Assembly (NCBI GenBank): GCA_900128565.1
Contig: LT635948.1
Coordinates: forward strand, 1-34,898
Direction of reading: 5' to 3'
DNA from: Stramenopiles sp. TOSAG23-6
Taxonomy: Eukaryota
DNA length: 34,898 nt
Below are positions 9,604-17,449 of the stretch, piece after piece. A model generated the notes under the pieces. The model did no database searches and had not been told where the DNA came from. It saw only the letters and a program-made list of their open reading frames with translations. Both the position numbers and the translations under genes were made by a program. Each line of letters starts with the position of its first letter. Position 1 is the first letter of the stretch.

Positions 9604-11010
9604 ATGGAAGCAGAGTATGAACTTGGTTTACGTTATTATACGGGTCATGGTGTCACTCAATGTGATAAAACTGCTGCTGAATTGTTTAGAAAAGCTGCGA
9701 ATCAAGGCAATAGCAGTGCACAAAATCATCTTGGTTATTGCTATGAACATGGTCATGGTGTTGCTGAAGATAAAGAAGAAGCTTTCAAGTGGTATTCTAA
9801 ATCTGCAAATGCGAAGAAAAGTGAAGCGTCTGGATTATTCCTGTTTAAAGATCTGAAAAGTAAAAATGGTTCTTCCATTGGTACGACGCTTACAAGTCTT
9901 TCTCGCGCGACTCCTCGTCGCATGATACCTAATCCAACAAATGCACTTTTCAAAATTGGAAGTGTTACCCGTATTCGCAGTTTCTACCAACGAGTCCTTA
10001 TTTTTTTCATAACATATAACCCTGATAAAGTTATTAATGTTCCTAGAATTGTCGAAAAATATGCAGGTTGTGAGAAAGAACTATTTGAGGAACTCTCTGA
10101 GCGATATCCTGAGTCTTTACCAGAAGTATTAAATCCCATACCTAATTCCTTACGTAATATAAATGAAGGACAATATAATCTTGGTTATTGCTATGCTAAT
10201 GGTGTTGGTGTTGCTGAAGATAAAGAAAAAGCTTTCAAGTGGTATACTAAATCTGCTCATTCCCGTTGTAGTGATGCACAAAACAGTCTTGGTTACTGCT
10301 ATGAACATGGTCATGTTGTTGATGAAGATAAAGAAGAAGCTTTCAAGTGGTATTCTAAATCTGCAAATGCAAGTAATAGTGCAGGACAAAATAATCTTGG
10401 TTATTGCTATGATAATGGTGTTGGTGTTGCTGAAGATAAAGAAGAAGCTTTCAAGTGGTATTCTAAATCTGCTGATTCCGGTGATAGTGAAGGTCAAAAT
10501 AATCTTGGTAACTGCTATTATTACGGTGAAGGTGTTGCCGAAGACAAAAAAGAAGCTTTCAAGTGGTATACTCAATCTGCTGCTGCTGGTAATAGTGAAG
10601 GTCAAATTAATCTTGGTGACTGCTATAATAATGGTTATGGTGTTGAACAAGATTATAAAGAAGCTTTCAACTGGTATGCTAAATGTGCAAATGCAGGTAA
10701 TATGATTGGACAGTGTTATGTTGGTGATTGCTATTATAATGGTTATGGTGTCACTAAAAATTATAAAAGAGGAGCAAAGTGGATCAAGAAAGCAAAAAAG
10801 CAGATAACGGATTCAACAGATGAGGGAATAAAAGACTTGATAATGAAATATGACAACTCAAAATGTGTGAATTGTGGTAAAGTTGACAAAATTACTAAAT
10901 TATTCTTTTGTACTGGGTGTAAATGTGTGTGGTATTGTTCAAAGAAGTGTCAAAAAGCACATTGGAGTATACACAAAAAACCGTGTCGCAACTCAAAAAG
11001 TGTAAATTGA
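9604..11010 (+). CDS. Sel1-like repeat protein with C-terminal MYND zinc finger, 468 aa
   Basis: 36-aa repeats AQNxLGYCYxxGxGVAEDKEEAFKWYSKSA. C-terminal CVNC...CTGCKCVWYCSKKCQKAHWSIHKKPC is a zf-MYND. Confidence 0.92.
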   Translation: MEAEYELGLRYYTGHGVTQCDKTAAELFRKAANQGNSSAQNHLGYCYEHGHGVAEDKEEAFKWYSKSANAKKSEASGLFLFKDLKSKNGSSIGTTLTSLSRATPRRMIPNPTNALFKIGSVTRIRSFYQRVLIFFITYNPDKVINVPRIVEKYAGCEKELFEELSERYPESLPEVLNPIPNSLRNINEGQYNLGYCYANGVGVAEDKEKAFKWYTKSAHSRCSDAQNSLGYCYEHGHVVDEDKEEAFKWYSKSANASNSAGQNNLGYCYDNGVGVAEDKEEAFKWYSKSADSGDSEGQNNLGNCYYYGEGVAEDKKEAFKWYTQSAAAGNSEGQINLGDCYNNGYGVEQDYKEAFNWYAKCANAGNMIGQCYVGDCYYNGYGVTKNYKRGAKWIKKAKKQITDSTDEGIKDLIMKYDNSKCVNCGKVDKITKLFFCTGCKCVWYCSKKCQKAHWSIHKKPCRNSKSVN

Positions 11011-11232
11011 TGAAAATAAATTATTAAATTGGTTGAAAATAATATGATGAATTGAATTTGTATGAAAAAAATAGAATATTGTCAAATTTACTTAATTAGT
11101 GAGCGCAAACCACTTTTGATGTAGAGGCTTTTATTGGTTTATTTTCGAAATTAGAAACTGATCAAAGTAATAAACGAGATCATCAAAATTTTAAAAATTA
11201 TTTTTTTTATATTTTTTTTTATATTTTTTTCG

Positions 11233-12132
11233 TCATTTTCGATGTAATTTAAAAACTTTAATTTTGTCTATGGAAAAATCAGGATGAACATTTTCTCCAG
11301 AAATATTCCATCTGAAATATTTCCGTAAAGCATTAAATAGAATCTCATCTGTTTCATTTGATCTAGTTTGATGGGCTAATAAAATTACCGCGTCTGGATT
11401 AATATCGGTCAATTGTATTAATACATTAGTCAAAGGCTTCACCAAATCTGCAAGCCATACTACATCTGCACCAAGGATAATATCATATACTTTTAAATCA
11501 TTTGGAGTGAACCAATCTAAAGCCTCTACATGAATATTAGCCATTTGAGAAGCACTAGAATTACGTTTTAAAGCTTCACTGGCATTACGGTTTAGTGTTT
11601 CAAGACAATATGGAAGATCAGTCAAAGTAACAGAAGCAGCGCCTAATAAAGCAGCAGCAATACCTGAAAGACCTGTTCCAGCACCTAATTCTAAAACGTT
11701 CTTTCCAGTGATAGAGTTACAATTGGATGAGTTGATGGGACAGACAGAAGACTCGGGTGACCACACATGTTCTAAATATTTTGCGAGAACAATACTACCA
11801 TCCCACACAAATCGACCAGTGTCACCGTCTTGTTGCTTTTTAGTGTCTCTAATGACTGGTGCAGGATGTACTATTATTGGTTTACCCCGTACCGAAAACT
11901 CTCCTGCAGTAAAGTTAAAATTAAACTCTTGTCCCTTTAATAAAAGTTGTTTGCCACTTGCGACTATAGGTGTTGCAGTACGAATTAAACTCCACTCTTG
12001 AGTGTCTGGTTGCCATTCTCGTACACTACCATCAGAAGACGTATGTATACGTTTCTTACCAACCTGACTGTGGCTTATATTTGACGTATAAAATAAATAT
12101 AAAGTATATGAGAATAATAGCCTCGAATACAT
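11233..12132 (-). CDS. METTL21/Methyltransf_16-type protein lysine methyltransferase, about 299 aa (start uncertain)
   Basis: TGRFVWDGSIVLAKYL, VLELGAGTGLSGI, VTLTDL, LDW, DIILGADVVW. First in-frame ATG is at 12132. Confidence 0.85.
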   Translation of the reverse strand: MYSRLLFSYTLYLFYTSNISHSQVGKKRIHTSSDGSVREWQPDTQEWSLIRTATPIVASGKQLLLKGQEFNFNFTAGEFSVRGKPIIVHPAPVIRDTKKQQDGDTGRFVWDGSIVLAKYLEHVWSPESSVCPINSSNCNSITGKNVLELGAGTGLSGIAAALLGAASVTLTDLPYCLETLNRNASEALKRNSSASQMANIHVEALDWFTPNDLKVYDIILGADVVWLADLVKPLTNVLIQLTDINPDAVILLAHQTRSNETDEILFNALRKYFRWNISGENVHPDFSIDKIKVFKLHRK

Positions 12133-12294
12133 AAACAACCCTTTAAAAATGCAGACGAAAGTATACAAAATGAATAAATAGGTCCTATATTGACTTGTGA
12201 AAAAGACACTTCGAGATAATATATTTCTGTCAAACGCAAACTCAAACTGAAAAAAAAAAAACACGAAATAAAAAATTCAAATCAGCTTTTTTGA

Positions 12295-12338
12295 CCAATC
12301 AAATCAGTCATCGCTCTTTTCGCGCGGAACATGCGCAT
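12295..12338. promoter_or_regulatory. Candidate cis-elements in a divergent promoter: CCAAT, TTTTCGCGCG, CATGCGCAT
   Basis: A cluster of CCAAT-box, E2F-like and TGCGCA motifs between the head-to-head methyltransferase and carrier genes. Confidence 0.3.
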
Positions 12339-12513
12339 CAAGATGATCAAACTTCTTGAATATTGAAGGAGTAAAGTAAAAGGGACATAAATTTAGGTCC
12401 GCAATTGTAAGCCACATTCACCAGTACTTTTCAATAGCAAGCAGAATGAGACTATTTTAGTTTTTTAATAATAGTATTAGAAATAGTAGAGGCTTTACTC
12501 TTTAGAATACATA

Positions 12514-13591
12514 ATGGTTGCCTCTCCACAACCTGGACCTGCAGAAGCAACACTTTCCCGTACAATTCAAGGTTTCTTCAAAGTTGAGTCTGAAGTTAAA
12601 GGAAAAGTCAATGAATTTTCTCCGCCTCCAATGATGCGTTTTCTAATGGCTGGTGCTGGAGCGGGAGCTATAACAAAAACATGTGTTGCGCCATTAGAAC
12701 GATTAAAAATCCTATTTCAGGTCCAGGCAATGCAAAGTGGTGCTCCAAAGTATCAGGGAATACCACATGCAACGAGAACAATTTTTAAGGAGGAAGGTGT
12801 TATTGGATTTTGGCGTGGTAATGGTGCAAATGTGTTGCGTGTAATACCAGTATATGCTCTAAAGTTCGGTTTCAATGATACATTTAAAGGTTTAGTCCGA
12901 AAGGATAAACAAACAAAACTTAATTTTGTTCAATTAGTTACTGCTGGTTCCATGGCAGGACTTTTTCAGACTTGTATAACATATCCTCTAGAATTAGTTC
13001 GCACTCGTCTTACTCTCGGTGTTGGTTTAGGTCTACGATATAATGGTATTGTTGATTGTTTGATGAAGACATTACGTGGTGAAGGTATTACGGGACTGTA
13101 CAAAGGTCTTTCGCCTACTATATTATCTGGTGTACCTTATGTTGGTTTACAAATGTCATTTTATGAATTAAATACTCGTTTTGCAAGGGAACATTTTAGT
13201 CTTGAATCTGGAACAATGACTAAGCTAATATGTGGTGCTTCAGCGGGTGTTGCTGCGCAAACGTTGACGTATGCAGGTGATACAATACGTAGACGAATGC
13301 AAACAGATGGAGCATGTGGAAAACCTCGAACGTATGGTGGAATGTTTGTACGTTTTCATCATGAATTTTCAATTTTTTTTTTAGTACGAAATTTTGTACC
13401 TAACGATTTTTTTTTACTACAAAAATATTTTTTCACAAGTACATGATTGCTTTAGACAAATATTGAAAAAAGAAGGTGCAATTGGTTTTTACAAAGGTGT
13501 TCATGTTAATTGTATTAGAGCTATCCCTGGTGCTGCAATCCAATTTGTTGCATATGATGCATTGAAGTCTCTTTTTGGAGCAACCAAATAA
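12514..13591 (+). CDS. Mitochondrial carrier (SLC25 family; CoA/adenine-nucleotide carrier-like), about 326 aa; exons 12514-13347, 13445-13591
   Basis: Three carrier repeats: APLERLKILFQ, YPLELVRTRL, YAGDTIRRRMQ; also GFWRGNGANVLR. Splicing gives YGGMF|DCFRQILKKEG..GFYKG. Confidence 0.92.
13348..13444 (+). other. Non-canonical intron GT...CAT, 97 nt, phase 0
   Basis: TTT|GTACGTTTTCAT...GTACGAAATTTTGTACCTAAC...TTTTTCACAAGTACAT|GAT TGC. Using the AG at 13438-13439 with this donor causes a frameshift and early stop. Confidence 0.85.
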
Positions 13592-13820
13592 TAGAAAGCT
13601 ATACTAAGTAAATACTATATAGTAATAATAATAATAATGGAAACAAAATATAATATTTTGAAAAATCAATTTACATAGAAATATTCCGTATTAAAAGTAT
13701 ATTTTGAATGGGTACAAATAAAACATCCATACCAAAACATTTAATAATTTAAAACGTATATTTTTAATTTATGCTGATATCAATTTGGCTATTTATTTTT
13801 AAATGCTTTTCATTACAATT

Positions 13821-15731
13821 TTATTCTGATGTTAATTCGGACATTAATTTTGGAATAGTTTTATCAATAGCATCTTCCACAGCTTTCAATTGATCTGGTC
13901 GAAGAGATCGAAAAGAAGCTCTCCAATCATCAATATTTGAAACATGTTTTCGAAATTCATCAAGATTTGGAAAATCTCCTGTAGGTATTCTATATTTTTT
14001 TGAGACTTCAAAAAAGACATTTGCCATATCATTTACTAAATCTTCTCTTGCTTTTACTTTTCCAAAAAATAATGGCATTTGTGACTTTAAATAAGATATT
14101 AATAATATATGAACTTTAACTTCACGCCATCGTTTTGCAAGGTACGAAACTTTTCTAATTAGATTATTTCTTGGTAAATCATATAATTCATCTAATAAAG
14201 TTGCTTTATCTCGTTTGAATAATAATTTATTCGTAATATTACCTTGTAAAGGTTTATTCCAAAACGAACCTAAATATATCCGTGTAACTTCTGGGGTTTT
14301 CAATACTTTACCTAAAGCCCAGAGTAAAGCACCGTATACACGCAATAATTCACATCCAGATATTTGATCAGCTTTATTAAGTACAACTCGAATTTTGTTT
14401 GCATTTGATGAAGTAGCTAGGATTGCACCTTCAAACTCATCACTAATATCTAATTTATTTGCATCAAAAAACAAAAGTAATCGATCCACGCGTGAAGCAA
14501 ACCATTTAACAACTGCATTGAAATCATATGATCGACCTATAGTTTGTTTTTCACCAGATAAAATTCCAGGTGAATCAATGTATACAAGAAAAATATGTTT
14601 TCAGTTTGAAATTTGTTAGCACAAAATAATTTCGAAATCGAATAATTAGTTGAACAATATACATTTAAAAAATATATATTTCAACAATATAATTGAAATT
14701 CAAAATGAGTGATAAATACATACATCAATGTATATCTATCTAAAATACTATTTCCACTAATAATAGGTATTTCTATTCCTTCAAACCTTTCTAAAAAACT
14801 ACTTCCAAATCTAATCAAACTTGCAAAAGGTCGATCTGGTTGAACTGTAACTGTATGACCTGGTACAGACCTTGCTTCATTACAACCATGACCACCACGC
14901 ATAATAGCTGACCATTTGTCTGTTGTTGGTTCCGGACCAATACGCATGTATTGTGAAAAAATATTTTTTTTTAACAAAAAAGATTTGTTAGGTACAAAAT
15001 ATTTTTTATGAAAAAAAATAAATTTGAATTTTAATTTTGAAAATGTACATATTTGGATAATCTCCAACAATTGACCTGATAAAAGAGGTTTTACCTACAG
15101 AATATTGACCAAGTAAAAGTACCATAGGTTTTGCATCAAAATCAGCAGAACGTAATAGGGGCTGTACCATCCTATCGTAGAGGTAGATTTCCTCCATTGG
15201 CTTTATATGATTAAAATATAATTTTTTGAGTTGGTTACTTAGTAAACGAAATTCTTCATCAGACTTTGAAGTTTTAATATCCAAATGAGTATCAGAAGGA
15301 TTGTCCGCGATTCCTGTAAATATGAAAGTATCTGATGGCTGTAAAGAATCAGGAGAATTATTGACTAACTTTTGTAATTCAACACTTTTCTGGATTTGTT
15401 TTGTTTTTTCTTCTAATTGCTGATCCTTTTGTTGTAGACTAGAACGTAACTGAGATATAATAGCATTTTGCTCCTCAATTTTCTTCTCTGCGTTTATACG
15501 AGAAGAATTATCTTTATGACGCAAATCATTTATCATTGAAATCTTATGGAGATACTCAGCACGTTGACGTTGAAGACTTCTACGCATTCCAAGTCTGATC
15601 TTTAGAGTATCTGGCACACCTCGACCAAGAAGAACATCACAGACTTCGTTGGCAAACACAGAAGGATTTTCAGCTTCATCAACTTCTAAATTGTCATCAA
15701 CTTTTAAATTGTCACTGTTTGACATGTTCAT
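13821..15731 (-). CDS. EHD/RME-1 family dynamin-like ATPase, about 553 aa; exons 15731-15049, 14945-14724, 14577-13821
   Basis: DFDAKPMVLLLGQYSVGKTSFI, M|RIGPEPTTD, LI|DSPGILSGEKQ, GRSYDF, LFFDANKLDISDEF, IRVVLNKAD, RVYGALLWALGKV..TPEV.RIYLGSFW, GDFP. Confidence 0.93.
14578..14723 (-). other. Non-canonical intron GT...CAT, 146 nt, phase 2 (divergent family member)
   Basis: TTG AT|GTATGTATTT...TTTTGTGCTAAC...TTTTTCTTGTATACAT|T GAT TCA CCT; restores LIDSPG. There is no AG until after the codons for DSPGILSGEKQT. Confidence 0.9.
14946..15048 (-). other. Non-canonical intron GT...CAT, 103 nt, phase 2
   Basis: AAT AT|GTACATTTTC...TTTTGTACCTAAC...TTTTTCACAATACAT|G CGT ATT; restores DYPNMRIGPEPTTD. 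There is no AG in the intron or before the end of the PTT codons. Confidence 0.9.
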
Positions 15732-15955
15732 TTTTGAAATAATGCTACATTGAATTGATTCGAATAACACAGCGTATTGGAACGATTCCAAATAATTGGC
15801 CAATCAGATATTTTGATGATTTTCGTTTTTGACTTCATTTTGAGACTTTTTTTTTTCCACTTTTTTCCACTTTTTTTGAGTTTAGTTTAAAAAAGTTTTT
15901 GCCAAAACATTTTCATTTTATAATACACAAAATAATACAGCTTTTTACAATATAG

Positions 15956-16042
15956 GATTTGGCATGGAAACCTGATGGCTCTCAACTTGCTTCTGTGGCT
16001 GAGGATTCCAAAATATAACTTTTTGATTTTCATTTTAAATGA
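15956..16042 (+). pseudogene. Isolated WD40-repeat fragment with in-frame stop
   Basis: Translates DLAWKPDGSQLASVAEDSKI*LFDFHFK*, a typical WD40 blade pattern. Not in the ORF track. Confidence 0.6.
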
Positions 16043-16141
16043 TGTTTTTTTAAATGAACTATTTATAAAAAAAAATTAATATAATTTTAAGAAATTTTTA
16101 AAACTCAAAAGTTTTAATCCTAAAATATAAACTACAATTCA

Positions 16142-17449
16142 TTACCAACTTGAATCATTTGAAAAATCAATTGAGAAGTTATAATTCTCATACCTCTCAT
16201 AACCTGGGGCTTTCACATCTATTAGCCATTTCAATACTTCAATCTTACCTTTTTCAGCTGCAATACGACACGTATTTTCATCCCAAGGACAAGGTGGATT
16301 TTGACTTCTCACCCATTTCAATACTTCTAATTGACCATCATAAGCTGCAAAACTACACGTTTCTTCATCCCATGGACAAGGTGGATTTTGACTTCTTACC
16401 CATTTCAATATTTCTAAGTGGCCACCTTCAGCTGCAGCCTCACACGTTTCTTCATCCCATGAGCAAGGTGGATTTTGACTTCTTAACCATTTCAGTATTT
16501 TTAAGTGACCATAAGCTGCTACACGACATGTACCTTCACTCCATGGACAAGGAGGATTTTGACTTCTTAGCCATTTCAATACTTCCAAATGACCATTTAA
16601 AGCTGCTCTATTACATGTACCTTCATACCATGGACAAGGTGGATTTTGGCTTCTTAACCATTTCAATACTTTTAATCGACCATTTTCAGCTGCAACACGA
16701 CACGTTTCTTCATCCCATGGACAAGGTGGATTTTGGCTTCTTAACCATTTCAATACTTCCAAGTGACCACTTGCAGCTGCATTTTCACAAGTATATTTAT
16801 TCCACGGACAAGGTGGATTTTGACTTCTTACCCATTTCAATACTTCTAAGTGGCCATTTTCAGATGCTTCATAACATGTACTTTCATCCCATGGACAAGG
16901 TGGATTTTGACTTCTAACCCATTTCAATACTTTTAAGTGGCCATACTCAGCTGCTTTACGACACGTTTCTTCATCCCATGGACAAGGTGGATTTTGACTT
17001 CTTACCCATTTCAATACTGCTAAGTGACATAATGCAGCTGCTAAATGACATGTGCCTTCATTCCAAGGACAAGGTGGATTTTGACTTCTTACCCATTGTA
17101 ATGCTTCTAAGTGACCACCATAAGCTGCATCACGGCACGTATTTTCATCCCAAGGACAAGGTGGATTTTGACTTCTTACCCATTTTAATACTTCTAATTC
17201 ACCATACTCAGCTGCTACACGACATGTCCATTCATCCCAAGGACAAGGTGGATTTTGACTTCTTAACCATTTCAATACTTTTAAGTGACCCTTTGTAGCT
17301 GCATTTCTACATGTATTTTCATCCCAAGGACAAGGTGGATTTTGACTTCTCACCCATTTCAATACTTCTAATTGACCATCATAAGCTGCAAAACTACACG
17401 TTTCTTCATCCCATGGACAAGGTGGATTTTGACTTCTTACCCATTTCAA
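16142..17449 (-). CDS. Ankyrin-like tandem repeat protein (CPW-type), 5'-truncated at the palindrome axis; 14 units of 29 aa (87 nt)
   Basis: Repeats SQNPPCPWxxxTCxxAAxxGHLEVLKWxR. The ORF-track N-terminus (MTIISCK...) is only read-through of the opposite arm. Confidence 0.85.
   Translation of the reverse strand: MKWVRSQNPPCPWDEETCSFAAYDGQLEVLKWVRSQNPPCPWDENTCRNAATKGHLKVLKWLRSQNPPCPWDEWTCRVAAEYGELEVLKWVRSQNPPCPWDENTCRDAAYGGHLEALQWVRSQNPPCPWNEGTCHLAAALCHLAVLKWVRSQNPPCPWDEETCRKAAEYGHLKVLKWVRSQNPPCPWDESTCYEASENGHLEVLKWVRSQNPPCPWNKYTCENAAASGHLEVLKWLRSQNPPCPWDEETCRVAAENGRLKVLKWLRSQNPPCPWYEGTCNRAALNGHLEVLKWLRSQNPPCPWSEGTCRVAAYGHLKILKWLRSQNPPCSWDEETCEAAAEGGHLEILKWVRSQNPPCPWDEETCSFAAYDGQLEVLKWVRSQNPPCPWDENTCRIAAEKGKIEVLKWLIDVKAPGYERYENYNFSIDFSNDSSW

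Noticed and set aside
12043-12130. Possible family intron near the methyltransferase start (AT|GTATT...ATACAT on the minus strand)
   Set aside because: No CTAAC or T-tract, the frame is open through it, and removal would destroy the only nearby ATG.
13384-13403. Helitron 3' end (hairpin + CTRR)
   Set aside because: The conserved element continues about 40 nt further, lacks a 5' TC, and appears to have a TSD, which Helitrons do not make.
16016-16018. Stop-codon reassignment (TAA within the WD40 motif)
   Set aside because: Single case. TAA, TAG and TGA all terminate other genes here, and conserved genes have no internal stops.
16150-17298. Alternative-frame repeat ORFs (MDKVDFDF...; also 10150-10650 and 10163-10705)
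   Set aside because: Shadow ORFs caused by tandem coding repeats.
9604-17449. Giant-virus origin suggested by ankyrin, Sel1 and F-box genes
   Set aside because: No viral core genes; neighbours are intron-containing cellular housekeeping genes.
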